NCBI GenBank assembly: GCA_963664405.1
Contig: OY761158.1
Span: forward strand, 3,648,001-3,712,000
Length of the DNA: 64,000 bases
DNA from: Thermoanaerobaculia bacterium
GTDB lineage: Bacteria; Acidobacteriota; Thermoanaerobaculia; Multivoradales; Multivoraceae
Direction of reading: 5' to 3'
The position numbers were made by a program, and so were the translations under genes. This document shows, one piece after another, positions 37,584 to 47,064 of the stretch. Under the pieces are notes generated by a model. That model made no database searches. It was not told the DNA's origin and saw only the letters and a program-made list of their open reading frames with translations. Each line of letters begins with the position of its first letter. The first letter of the stretch is position 1.

Positions 37584-37820
37584 AGTTCTTGTCCTGTCGA
37601 GGTCGGTTGGTGGGTCAGCGCAGCATGGGGTGGCGTTGGCGGCGGCGCGAGACTGCCGCGCACTTCCTCTACCAGCACGTGTCTAGGAGACTTCAGACTA
37701 TCCTTAATTGTTTCAGATGGATGCTCTGGTGTCCAAAAACGGACTTCTGCAGGTAGGGCGCAGCATCTACCATAAAAAGTTAGCAAAAAGGTCACCTTTT
37801 TCGTAGAATCCTTGTCTCTT

Positions 37821-38762
37821 ATGACGCTGACACTCGTTACAGGAGCTCCTGCCCGTACCCTCTCAGGTCCTTGTGGACTGCTCGATCTGGTCGGGAATAC
37901 GCCCTTGTTGGACCTTTCAGGGCTGGTCGAGAACCCTGAAGTCCAGCTCTATGCAAAGGCGGAACAGACCAACCCAGGAGGCTCGATAAAGGATCGGCCG
38001 GGGCTGGCCATGGTCCAGGACGCGCTGGCACGAGGGCTGCTCGATTCGGGAAAGCGGATTCTAGACGCCACTTCTGGGAATACCGGGATCGCCTACGCGA
38101 TGATCGGAGCGGCGATGAGGATTCCGGTGACCCTCTGCCTTCCAGCAAACGCCAGCCCCGAGCGGAAACGGATCCTCGAGGTCTATGGAGTCGAGCTGAT
38201 CCTCACTGATCCGCTCGAGGGAAGTGATGGCGCGATCCGTGAAGCCCGTCGCGTAGTCGCCGAAAGCGATCAGTACGCTTATCTCGACCAATACGGCAAT
38301 CCCGAGAATTGGCGGGCTCACTACCGCGGCACCGGACCCGAGATCTGGGAACAGTGTGAGGGCAAGCTGACTCATTTCATCACCGGCCTCGGCACCAGTG
38401 GTACCTTTGTCGGTGTCGGCCGCTATCTGCGCGAGCAGGACCCCTCGGTTCAACTGATCTCGATCGAGCCCGACAGCCCTTTTCACGGCCTTGAAGGAAT
38501 GAAGCACATGGAGACGGCGATCGTTCCGCCGATTTACGATGCGGACCTTGCTAGCGAAGCTCGAAGCTGCTCGACCGAGTTGGCTCATTCGACGGTGCGC
38601 CGTTTGGCCCGAGAGGCCGGCCTGATGGTTGGAGTCTCGGCCGGCTGTAACGTTGCCTCTGCGATCAAGCTCGCTGCTGAGCTCGACCAGGGCGTTATTG
38701 TCACTGTCCTGTGTGACGGTGCGGACAAGTATCTGACGGAGCGTTTTTGGGAGGAAGGGTGA
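37821..38762 (+). CDS. cysM: Cysteine synthase (CysM-type, PLP)
   Basis: VGNTPL, NPGGSIKDR, ATSGNTG, GTSGT. Confidence 0.92.
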   Translation: MTLTLVTGAPARTLSGPCGLLDLVGNTPLLDLSGLVENPEVQLYAKAEQTNPGGSIKDRPGLAMVQDALARGLLDSGKRILDATSGNTGIAYAMIGAAMRIPVTLCLPANASPERKRILEVYGVELILTDPLEGSDGAIREARRVVAESDQYAYLDQYGNPENWRAHYRGTGPEIWEQCEGKLTHFITGLGTSGTFVGVGRYLREQDPSVQLISIEPDSPFHGLEGMKHMETAIVPPIYDADLASEARSCSTELAHSTVRRLAREAGLMVGVSAGCNVASAIKLAAELDQGVIVTVLCDGADKYLTERFWEEG

Positions 38763-39226
38763 GTTTACGTCTCTCTGCGTCGGACCTGGCGAAGATCTAT
38801 GAGCACGGCGAGGCCTCCTTTCCGGAGGAGTGCTGTGGCGTGATGATCGGTCGGTCCGCTACACAAGGCGCGCCGGCAACCGTCGAGGAGATTCTTTCGG
38901 CGCAAAACGAGCGCGAGGATGAAAACCGCCACAATCGATTTCTGATCAGTCCCCGCGCCCTTCTGGATGCGCAGAGGGCGGCTCGCGACAAGGGGCTCGA
39001 AGTCCTCGGTTACTATCACTCCCACCCCGACCACCCGGCCCGACCGAGCGACTTCGACCGCGATCATGCCTGGCCTGCGACTAGTTACCTGATTGTTTCC
39101 ATTATGAGCGGCCGAGTAGCGGACTGCCGGAGCTGGCTGCTCAAGAGCGATCGATCTGCTTTCGATGAGGAGTCCGTAGAGGACTTGGTTGGCAATAGAG
39201 TGGCGATAGAATCGCCAGTCTCCTGA
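38759..39226 (+). CDS. JAB/MPN+ (M67, Mec-like) metalloprotease
   Basis: PEECCG, YHSHPDHPARPSDFD JAMM motif. Confidence 0.9.
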   Translation: MSLRLSASDLAKIYEHGEASFPEECCGVMIGRSATQGAPATVEEILSAQNEREDENRHNRFLISPRALLDAQRAARDKGLEVLGYYHSHPDHPARPSDFDRDHAWPATSYLIVSIMSGRVADCRSWLLKSDRSAFDEESVEDLVGNRVAIESPVS

Positions 39227-39251
39227 GAATGCCTCCGGCAAGGAGAAAACC

Positions 39252-39539
39252 ATGACAATTTCGATTCAGATACCTACCCCTCTACGCGGCTTCACCGGTG
39301 ATAACGGTGAGGTGAGTGTCGAGGGGTCCACGGTGGGCGAAGCGCTCCAAGGCCTGATCGCCAAGCACAGTGCGTTAGCGCCGCATCTCTATGGTGACGA
39401 TGGCAAGCTGCGTAGCTTCGTCAACGTCTTCCTCAACGACGAGGACGTTCGTTACATGGAGAAGGAAGATACTCCGGTCAAAGAGGGGGACTCGCTGTCG
39501 ATCATTCCTTCGATCGCCGGTGGAGGAGGTGCCAGATGA
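39252..39539 (+). CDS. Ubiquitin-like sulfur carrier (CysO/MoaD/ThiS family) with C-terminal extension
   Basis: IPTPLR, FVNVFLNDEDVR, IIPSIAGG followed by GGAR. Confidence 0.9.
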   Translation: MTISIQIPTPLRGFTGDNGEVSVEGSTVGEALQGLIAKHSALAPHLYGDDGKLRSFVNVFLNDEDVRYMEKEDTPVKEGDSLSIIPSIAGGGGAR

Positions 39540-40711
39540 CCTTGGTTCAGAACGACGAGACCGCGACCCTTCCCACCCTGACTCCACAGGAGATTCAGCG
39601 CTACAGCCGGCACCTGATCATGCCAGAGGTCGGAACCCTGGGCCAACAGAAGCTGAAGGCCGCCAAGGTGCTGATGGTCGGTACTGGAGGGCTCGGATCG
39701 CCCCTTGGCATGTACCTGGCGGCCGCCGGCGTCGGCACGATGGGATTGGTCGAGTTCGATACGGTCGAGGAATCCAACCTGCACCGTCAGCTTCTTTATG
39801 GGCTTGCCGACGTTGGTCGGCCGAAGATCGAAGCTGCGATGGAGAGGTTGAACGTGGTCAACCCGCACGTGAACCTGATTCCTCATCCGGTGCGTCTCGA
39901 GTCCTCCAACGCCTTGGACATCTTCAAGGACTACGACTTGGTGGTCGACGGTACGGACAACTTTCCTACCCGCTATCTGGTCAACGACGCCTGTGTGCTG
40001 CTCGGCAAGCCGAACGTCTACGGCTCGATCTTCCGTTTCGAGGGTCAGGCATCCGTCTTCTGGGCGGAGAAGGGCCCCTGCTACCGCTGCCTCTTCCCCG
40101 AGCCGCCTCCTCCAGGCCTCGTACCGTCCTGCGCCGAAGGTGGTGTGCTTGGGGTCCTGCCCGGGATCATCGGGTCGCTGCAGGCAAACGAGGTGATCAA
40201 GCTCATCATCGGCCAGGGCGAGCCGCTGATCGGGCGCCTCGTCCTCTTCGACGCACTGCGCATGAAGTTCCGAGAGCTCAAGCTCCGACGCAACCCGGAA
40301 TGCCCGGTGTGCTCCGAGAACGCGACCCAGACCGAGCTCATCGATTACGAGCAGTTCTGCGGCTTCACGCCAGAGGAAGAGTCTCTGGGCGACGACATCG
40401 ATATCACCGCCACCGAGACCCAGGAGCTGATCGACGGGGGCACGAAGGTCACCATCTTGGATGTGCGTAATCCTCCCGAGTATGAGATCTGCCGAATCGA
40501 GGGTTCGGTGCTGATTCCGTTGCCTGAGCTGCAGGACCGGCTTGGCGAGCTCGACCCGAGGGACTTCTACGTCGTTCACTGCCACCATGGACCGCGATCC
40601 ACGCGGGCGGTGAGTATGCTGCGCGACGTCGGCTTCGCCAAGACAAAGAACCTCGCGGGCGGAATCGATGCTTGGAGCCTGGAAGTGGATCCGGACGTCC
40701 CGCGCTACTAG
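39536..40711 (+). CDS. moeB: MoeB/ThiF adenylyltransferase-rhodanese fusion (MoeZ-like)
   Basis: RYSRH, GTGGLGSP, SNLHRQ, DGTDNF, CYRC, CPVC, rhodanese HCHHGPRS, GGIDAW. Confidence 0.94.
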   Translation: MTLVQNDETATLPTLTPQEIQRYSRHLIMPEVGTLGQQKLKAAKVLMVGTGGLGSPLGMYLAAAGVGTMGLVEFDTVEESNLHRQLLYGLADVGRPKIEAAMERLNVVNPHVNLIPHPVRLESSNALDIFKDYDLVVDGTDNFPTRYLVNDACVLLGKPNVYGSIFRFEGQASVFWAEKGPCYRCLFPEPPPPGLVPSCAEGGVLGVLPGIIGSLQANEVIKLIIGQGEPLIGRLVLFDALRMKFRELKLRRNPECPVCSENATQTELIDYEQFCGFTPEEESLGDDIDITATETQELIDGGTKVTILDVRNPPEYEICRIEGSVLIPLPELQDRLGELDPRDFYVVHCHHGPRSTRAVSMLRDVGFAKTKNLAGGIDAWSLEVDPDVPRY

Positions 40712-40879
40712 TGGGCCGTAACACCCAAACGATTAGCGCCTGAGCGGCCCTCGCGGCCGATCTCTGCGTTACGCTTCCTCGACATATTGCCCGATATGCC
40801 TGCGTCAGCGCGCCTTGATCTCGACCACGAATGACTCACTCAGCCACTAAACGTTCGAGTGTTCGGGACACGACACTAG
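40708..40879 (+). repeat. Repeat family A copy 3 (mismatched right arm)
   Basis: Body nearly identical to copies 1 and 5, but the right end is GTGTTCGGGACACGACACTAG; CTAG supplies the moeB stop. Confidence 0.88.
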
Positions 40880-40907
40880 ACAGCTGGGCCGTTTGCGGCC
40901 TGAGCTC

Positions 40908-42173
40908 ATGAGGCGCCGTTGGCTTCGCGATCTCGGGAGCTATTCCGTGATTTTGCTGGTGTTGGGCGCCCTGGCGCTCTTCGCCATACTGAGTAGTAGA
41001 GAGCCCGATTCGAAGCTCTTGGAATCGGTTCAGAGCCTGCCGCTGGTGGGCCCTTTGGCACGAGGATTTCGCGATCGATATCTGACACCGAAGCCGGGGC
41101 GATCTCGCGAGCTGGCGACGACGGAGTTCTCATTCGACCTGTCGTCTCGAGATCGAGCCGACGACCAGAATGGACTGCCTTGGATCGAGGGCTTCGAATC
41201 TTGGTCGGGTGATGGGCTGCCGCCTCTTGGCAACGATCCATTGCCGCCGCGACCTCTCCCCGGCCGTGAGGCTGACCCGGAGAGGCTTGCCGAAGCGCGC
41301 CTCCATCTCCGAGCAGCAAGTGCCGAAGGTCTGCGACTCGGCCCCTACCCGTTGGTCACCGATGTGATCGACGGCGCCCTGCTCGATCGTCTCTCCCGGG
41401 CCGCTGCCGGAGTTGAGGAGTTCTATATCGATCGCTATGGCGTAGAAACCGTCGGCGCTGCGCTCGAGACCGTGGTGCTCTACCGACGGGAGGAGGACTA
41501 CCGTGCTTTGCAACGTCGCTGGGCCGGGGTCGTCGGCCCTCGGGCCGCAATCGGCAGCCTCTTGAGTCAGGGCCATAGTGGCTATGGTCTTGTTGTGCTC
41601 TTCGTGGGTTCGTCGTCGGTGGATGGCGTCGCCGGCACCCTTCTTCATGAGCTGGCGCACGTGCTCAATCGCCGTGGCCTGGGTCCAGCGCTTCCCTTTT
41701 GGCTCGAGGAAGGTATAGCCGACGATGTGGGTGCGGCCCGCCCTGATACGAGCGGGGGTATCGCTCTGGGAGACTTCATTGCTCCGGCCGCGGACGAGGT
41801 GGGAACGATTCGGCTGCAGGGGCCCTTGGCCGCCCTCTCCATCCTGGCGCGGAGTCAGCGCGACGGCTCACTCTTGTCGCTGCCTCTTCTCGTCGAGCTC
41901 GAGAGAGAGCACTTTCTAGCCGAGGCCGACGCGGCCCTCCACTACGGTCACAGCGCATTCTTTGTGCGCTTCCTGCTCTCCGAAGCGAGCGGTTTGGCGG
42001 AGTCTTTCCGACGTTTCTTGGCGGGGGTCGCAGCAGGCGAGAGCGTCGCGCCCTCCGCACTCGAGCAGCAGCTAGGGGTGACTTTGGCTCAAATCGAGGC
42101 CGAATGGAGGAGGTATCTCCTGCAGCAGATCCTGCACGCTGGGCTGGGGAACGAGCTCACCGCGCCTCGCTGA
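40908..42173 (+). CDS. Membrane-anchored gluzincin-like (peptidase MA / DUF1570-like) protein
   Basis: N-terminal TM; LHELAH...PFWLEEGIA. Confidence 0.7.
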   Translation: MRRRWLRDLGSYSVILLVLGALALFAILSSREPDSKLLESVQSLPLVGPLARGFRDRYLTPKPGRSRELATTEFSFDLSSRDRADDQNGLPWIEGFESWSGDGLPPLGNDPLPPRPLPGREADPERLAEARLHLRAASAEGLRLGPYPLVTDVIDGALLDRLSRAAAGVEEFYIDRYGVETVGAALETVVLYRREEDYRALQRRWAGVVGPRAAIGSLLSQGHSGYGLVVLFVGSSSVDGVAGTLLHELAHVLNRRGLGPALPFWLEEGIADDVGAARPDTSGGIALGDFIAPAADEVGTIRLQGPLAALSILARSQRDGSLLSLPLLVELEREHFLAEADAALHYGHSAFFVRFLLSEASGLAESFRRFLAGVAAGESVAPSALEQQLGVTLAQIEAEWRRYLLQQILHAGLGNELTAPR

Positions 42174-42199
42174 TCTCGTGGCTCCCCGGGGGCGCTACC

Positions 42200-42868
42200 T
42201 TAGAGCGACTCCTCTTCTCTCCACCGCATCTCGCCGTCGGCGTAGTGCTCCTTCTTCCAGATCGGGACCTCGGCCTTGAGTCGTTCGAGAGCCAATCGGC
42301 TTGCTTCGTAGGCCGCAGTGCGGTGAGGCGAAGATACGACGATGACCACGCTGGCCTCGCCGACGTCGAGATCTCCGAGCCGATGCACGATGGCGACTCG
42401 AGCCCCTGGAGAGCCCTCCTCGAGCTGACGACAGATGGCTCTGATCCTATCCACTGCCATGGAGTGGTAAGCAGAGTAGGTAATGCCCTCTACCTCCCGC
42501 CCCTGATGCTGATCGCGAACATTGCCGACAAAGACGACAAGGGCCCCGCAGGAGGCGTGGGTCACCTCCTTGGCGATCTCGGCAACGTCGAGAACAGTGT
42601 CGACAAGAACCGGCCTCTCGTCGACCCCACCTGAGACCGGCGGCAACAAGGCCACTTCGTCGCCGTCCTCGAGCGCCTCCGTGTCGGTCACGAGATCGCC
42701 GTTGATCGCGACAGCCACCCCCTGCCAGATGCCTTCGAGCTCCGGATGCTCGCTCTCCAAGAGCCGCTTGAGATCTCGGATCGAGCTCCCCTCCGCGAGG
42801 CTCAGATGGCGCTCCTCCCGGCCGAGGATGTCGCTGACACTGGCGAAGGAGAGGAGTCGGACCTTCAT
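42200..42868 (-). CDS. moaE: MoaD-MoaE fusion (molybdopterin synthase, MoaX-like)
   Basis: MKVRLLSFA...GDEVALLPPVSGG, then CGA.V.FVG.VR, HRLG, SSPHR, LKAEVPIWKKE; real start at ATG 42868. Confidence 0.92.
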   Translation of the reverse strand: MKVRLLSFASVSDILGREERHLSLAEGSSIRDLKRLLESEHPELEGIWQGVAVAINGDLVTDTEALEDGDEVALLPPVSGGVDERPVLVDTVLDVAEIAKEVTHASCGALVVFVGNVRDQHQGREVEGITYSAYHSMAVDRIRAICRQLEEGSPGARVAIVHRLGDLDVGEASVVIVVSSPHRTAAYEASRLALERLKAEVPIWKKEHYADGEMRWREEESL

Positions 42869-42908
42869 CTCTTCATTATAGCTCCCCACCCTCTGGTATT
42901 CTGTTGGG

Positions 42909-45080
42909 ATGAAAGGGGATACGAGCGAGGCAGCTGTTCCTTCGCTGGTCCAGCCCGAGCCCGACCTTGGGGCCGCCGAGCTCTTCATCAATCGCGAGCT
43001 GAGCTGGCTTCGTTTCAACGAGCGCGTGCTCGAAGAGGCGTTGTCTGAGGAGAATCCGCTGCTGGAGCGGGTCGGCTTTCTGTCGATCTTTGCCAGCAAC
43101 GTCGACGAGTTCTTCATGATTCGTGTTTCCGGGCTACGCCAGCAGCTCGGGTCCGGCGTGCTGGAAGCGCCCCCGGACGGCATGACGCCGAGTGAGCAGT
43201 TGGCTGCCATCCGCCAAGCCCTCCTGCCTCTGCTCGAGCGGGTCGACTCATGTTGGCGCGACGATCTAACCCCCAAGCTGCGCTCCGCCGGGGTGCGCGT
43301 GCTTGGCTATGAGGAGCTGAAGAAAAGGCAGCGAAAGCTGCTCCGCCGTCACTTCGAAGCCGAGATATTCCCTGTCCTTACGCCTCTCGCTTTCGACCCG
43401 AGTCACCCTTTTCCGCACATCTCCAGTCTCAGTATCAATTTTGCGGTGGTGATCAAGGATCCGGATCAGGGGGAGCTTTTCGCTCGACTCAAAGTGCCGC
43501 CGAGCCTTCCAAGGGTGTTGCCCATTCCCGGCGAGGCGGCGCTCGAGAGTACTTCCGAGCTTGGCCTGGCGGGGGCAGGCGATGGCGCCGAGCTGGTTTG
43601 GGTAGAGGAAGTGATCGCGGCGAACCTCAAACCGCTTTTCCCGGGGCTCGAGATCGTCGACGCATTCCCGTTTCGGGTCACTCGAGACGCCGATCTCGAG
43701 ATCGAGGAAGACGAGGCGGGGGATCTGCTTACCGCCATGGCCGATGTAGTCGGGCGACGGCACTTCGGTTCTGCCATCCGACTCGAGATCGACAGCGCGA
43801 TGCCGCCGAGGATCCGCGACATCCTGGTCAAGAATCTCGGATTGGCCCCTTATCAGGTCTATACCACGACGAGTCCCATCGGCTTGGGGGATCTGTCGGC
43901 GCTGCGAAAGCTGAACCGGCCGGATCTGAAGTTCACTCCCTTCCTGCCGACAGTGCCGGCGGCGATCACTGGCGATGCGGCGCTCTTTTCGGTCATGAGT
44001 CAACGCGACGTAGTCCTCTATCACCCCTATGACAGTTTCTCGCCGGTGGTCAGCTTCTTGAACCAGGCGGCGATCGACCCTGAGGTCCTGGCGATCAAGC
44101 AGACGCTCTATCGCACTGGGGCCAATTCCCCGATTGTCGAAGCCTTGATGCGGGCACGTGAGAATGGCAAGCAGGTATCGGTGTTGGTCGAGCTGAAGGC
44201 TCGCTTCGACGAGGAGAGCAATATCGAGTGGGCCCGAGCTCTAGAGCATGCGGGTGTGCATGTGGTCTACGGCGTGGTCGGGCTCAAGACGCACGCGAAG
44301 ATGTGTCTCGTGGTCCGGCGAGAGCGGGACGGAATCCGGCGTTATGTTCACCTTTCGACCGGCAACTACAACGCCGACACTGCTCGAAGCTATGCCGACT
44401 TGGGCTTATTCACCTGCGACGAAGGGATTGCCGGTGATGTGTCGGACCTCTTCAATTCCTTGACCGGGTACTCTCGCAAGTCTCAGTATCGCAAGCTGCT
44501 AGTGGCTCCGGTGAGGATGCGCGAGGAGATCGTGGAGCGGATCGAGAGGGAGATCGAAGCTCACGCTCGTAGCGGCGAGGGACGGCTCGCGTTCAAGGTC
44601 AATTCCCTGGTAGATCGGGACTGCATCGAGGCGCTCTATCGCGCGTCTCGTGCCGGTGTCCGGGTCGATCTTCAGGTGCGCGGTATCTGTTGTCTGAGGC
44701 CGGGAGTCACCGGCGTCAGCGAGAACATCACGGTGACCTCGATCGTCGGTCGCTTCCTCGAGCACAGCCGGATCTACTACTTCCGCAACGGGGGAGAGGA
44801 GGAGCTCTATCTCGGTAGCGCCGATTTGATGCCGCGGAATCTTCGGGGGCGTGTCGAGGTGCTTTTTCCGATCGAGGATCCCGGTCTGAGGACTGCGATC
44901 CGCGATCGCATACTCTTTTTGCACCTCGCCGATAGCGTAAAGAATCGCCGGTTGCTCAGCGATGGCAGCTACCAGCGTGTCGAGGCCGGCTCAGCCGAGG
45001 ACTCCCTCGACTCCCAGCTCGAGCTTCTCGCCGGCTCTCGCGAGTGGGTCGTGGACGATGATTCCTCGAACTCGGCCTAA
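42909..45080 (+). CDS. ppk1: Polyphosphate kinase 1
   Basis: NRELSWL.FN.RVL, DEFFMIRV, HPFP, ELKARFDE, LKTHAK, STGNYN, RFLEHSR, SADLMPRNL. Confidence 0.96.
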   Translation: MKGDTSEAAVPSLVQPEPDLGAAELFINRELSWLRFNERVLEEALSEENPLLERVGFLSIFASNVDEFFMIRVSGLRQQLGSGVLEAPPDGMTPSEQLAAIRQALLPLLERVDSCWRDDLTPKLRSAGVRVLGYEELKKRQRKLLRRHFEAEIFPVLTPLAFDPSHPFPHISSLSINFAVVIKDPDQGELFARLKVPPSLPRVLPIPGEAALESTSELGLAGAGDGAELVWVEEVIAANLKPLFPGLEIVDAFPFRVTRDADLEIEEDEAGDLLTAMADVVGRRHFGSAIRLEIDSAMPPRIRDILVKNLGLAPYQVYTTTSPIGLGDLSALRKLNRPDLKFTPFLPTVPAAITGDAALFSVMSQRDVVLYHPYDSFSPVVSFLNQAAIDPEVLAIKQTLYRTGANSPIVEALMRARENGKQVSVLVELKARFDEESNIEWARALEHAGVHVVYGVVGLKTHAKMCLVVRRERDGIRRYVHLSTGNYNADTARSYADLGLFTCDEGIAGDVSDLFNSLTGYSRKSQYRKLLVAPVRMREEIVERIEREIEAHARSGEGRLAFKVNSLVDRDCIEALYRASRAGVRVDLQVRGICCLRPGVTGVSENITVTSIVGRFLEHSRIYYFRNGGEEELYLGSADLMPRNLRGRVEVLFPIEDPGLRTAIRDRILFLHLADSVKNRRLLSDGSYQRVEAGSAEDSLDSQLELLAGSREWVVDDDSSNSA

Positions 45081-45436
45081 GAGTCTGCGCTCGCTTCCAA
45101 TGGCATCCGCTCAGCCTGCCATTCGAACATGCCCCCCGCCAGCTCGACAACGCGGAGGGCCCCCAGAGCGCGAAGAGACTGCGCGGCACGTCTGATCTCT
45201 TCGTCGTATTGATCGACGCCAACAACGACGAACTCGGTCCCCGGGGTCGATCCTTCAGGCAGAGCCTCGGCGAGGTCGGAGGCCCCCAGAGCGATCGAGC
45301 CCTCGATACGGGACTTCGATCGCTCTGCGGCGGATCGAACGTCGATTACGAGGAACGGTGGATGCGCGAATTGGATGCGCCGATAGAGCTCGGCGGGATG
45401 GGTCTTGAAAATGACGCCGTCGTAGTGGGGATCCAT
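45077..45436 (-). CDS. Rhodanese-like domain protein (no active-site Cys seen)
   Basis: VIDVRS, RIEGS, LAGGMFEW. Confidence 0.75.
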   Translation of the reverse strand: MDPHYDGVIFKTHPAELYRRIQFAHPPFLVIDVRSAAERSKSRIEGSIALGASDLAEALPEGSTPGTEFVVVGVDQYDEEIRRAAQSLRALGALRVVELAGGMFEWQAERMPLEASADS

Positions 45437-45570
45437 GCTCGTATGCCTCGGGTGGTGGTTGGCCCTCTCTCGGGCGCCGCCAGTGTACTGAGCGCTTCTC
45501 CAGTCTGCAAGGCAAGTGAGCCTGTACTAGACTGCCGACGATGACGTCGTGGGGAAGCCGGGTCTAGGCA

Positions 45571-46605
45571 GTGCAGCTGCTCGAGCTACATGAGCGATGC
45601 GGAGTCCGTTGGCGAGACGAACGTGGCGTTCAGGTACCGGCTTCCTATGGAGAGAGCGAAGCCGAGATCGCCGCCGCGCGCGAGGGCTGCGCACTCTTCG
45701 ACCTCTCCTGGGCCTCGCGGCTGGAATTGCGAGGGGCTGATCGTCAACGACTCTTGAATGGGCTGGTGACGTGCGATGTGCAGGCCCTGGAGCCTGGCCA
45801 GGGCGCCTTCGGCTTCTTCACCTCTCGAGAAGGCAAGGTCCTCTCGGACTTCTATGCGATGGCGCTCCCCGATCGTCTCTGGCTCGAGCTGCCTGCGGCT
45901 ATGGGATCTGGGGTCCGCGACCAGATCGAGAATCATCGTGTGATCGACGACGTCACGGTATATCCGCTGGAGGACCTTGTACCCCTCGCCATGCTTGGAC
46001 CGGGGACGGGCGCGGTGCTTGGCGAGGCTTCCTCAGAGCTGTCCAGGGATCTGCACCACAGGGGCTCTATCTGTGGCACCGACATCGAGCTCTCACGGCG
46101 ACTTCTCTATGGCGTCGAGGCTACGGTGATCTGGGTCCCGGCTTCGGTGGCGGAGATGTTCGTCGAGGATCTATTGGCGCAGAGCTCGCAAAGCGGCCTT
46201 CGACTGGTCGGTCTCGACACTCTCGAGGTGCTTCGTACCGTCGCCGGCGTGGGTCGCTGGGGCGTGGACTTCGATCAGGGCTGTTTGCCCAATGAGACTG
46301 GGCTTCTCGATCAGGCGGTCGACTTCGAGAAAGGCTGTTATCTCGGTCAGGAAATCGTGGCTCGCGTCCACCATCGCGGAAAACCGAGCTCCGAGTGTCG
46401 CGCCCTAGAGCTCGAAGGTCTCTCGGAGGAGCCCAGGGCCGGTTTAACGCTGTCGCTGTCGGAGCGCGCGGCTGGAGTGCTCACGAGCGTTGCGCACGAT
46501 CCTCGGGATCGGTGGCTCGGCATCTCGAGACTCTCTCGCGAGGCGTTGGAAAGCGGCGGTCCGCTGACTGTGGAGGGCGGAGGGGAGGCCCGCTTCAGAC
46601 CGTGA
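45571..46605 (+). CDS. ygfZ: YgfZ/GcvT-like folate-binding Fe-S repair protein
   Basis: KGCYLGQEIVAR signature; GcvT-like N-terminus. Confidence 0.85.
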   Translation: MQLLELHERCGVRWRDERGVQVPASYGESEAEIAAAREGCALFDLSWASRLELRGADRQRLLNGLVTCDVQALEPGQGAFGFFTSREGKVLSDFYAMALPDRLWLELPAAMGSGVRDQIENHRVIDDVTVYPLEDLVPLAMLGPGTGAVLGEASSELSRDLHHRGSICGTDIELSRRLLYGVEATVIWVPASVAEMFVEDLLAQSSQSGLRLVGLDTLEVLRTVAGVGRWGVDFDQGCLPNETGLLDQAVDFEKGCYLGQEIVARVHHRGKPSSECRALELEGLSEEPRAGLTLSLSERAAGVLTSVAHDPRDRWLGISRLSREALESGGPLTVEGGGEARFRP

Positions 46606-46981
46606 AGGAAGACCCGCAGCCACAAGTGCCGGTGGCCTTGGGGTTGTGGAATTTGAAGCCCGTTCCGGTCATGCCCAGCGAGTAGTCGATCATCGTTCCG
46701 TCGAGATAGCGACCACTGATCGGATCGACGTAGATCGTAAGACCGTCGTACTCGAGGCGAGTATCGTTGTCGCGCGGCTCCTTCTCGAAGTCCAGCGCGT
46801 ACTCGAAACCGCTGCAGCCGCCCCCGCGAACCGCTACCCGCAGGCCGCAGGAGCTCTCCATGCCTTCCTGCTCGCGGGTGAGCTTTATCATCTGCAGTGC
46901 CTTGGTAGTGAGCAGCACCGGGCCCACAGGGGCCTCTGGCGCCGGTACCGGGGGGGAGCTGTTGGGGGATTGCAGTGCCAC
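46595..46981 (-). CDS. A-type Fe-S carrier (IscA/ErpA/HesB family)
   Basis: GGGCSGFEY, NPKA.GTCGCGSSF. Confidence 0.93.
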   Translation of the reverse strand: MALQSPNSSPPVPAPEAPVGPVLLTTKALQMIKLTREQEGMESSCGLRVAVRGGGCSGFEYALDFEKEPRDNDTRLEYDGLTIYVDPISGRYLDGTMIDYSLGMTGTGFKFHNPKATGTCGCGSSFTV

Positions 46982-47064
46982 GTTGAATTCCTCCTAAGGA
47001 ATAACACAAGATAGCGGTTATCTATTCACCAAGTCAAATCGGGTAGCGGGATATCATCCAGCCA

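Noticed and set aside
42869-43276. N-terminal extension of the 358-aa moaD-moaE ORF
   Set aside because: It overlaps ppk1 on the opposite strand; MoaD similarity begins at ATG 42868.
47005-47045. IscR/Rrf2 site upstream of the A-type Fe-S carrier
   Set aside because: Only a partial resemblance (TTGAC half-site); equally explained by a -35 element.
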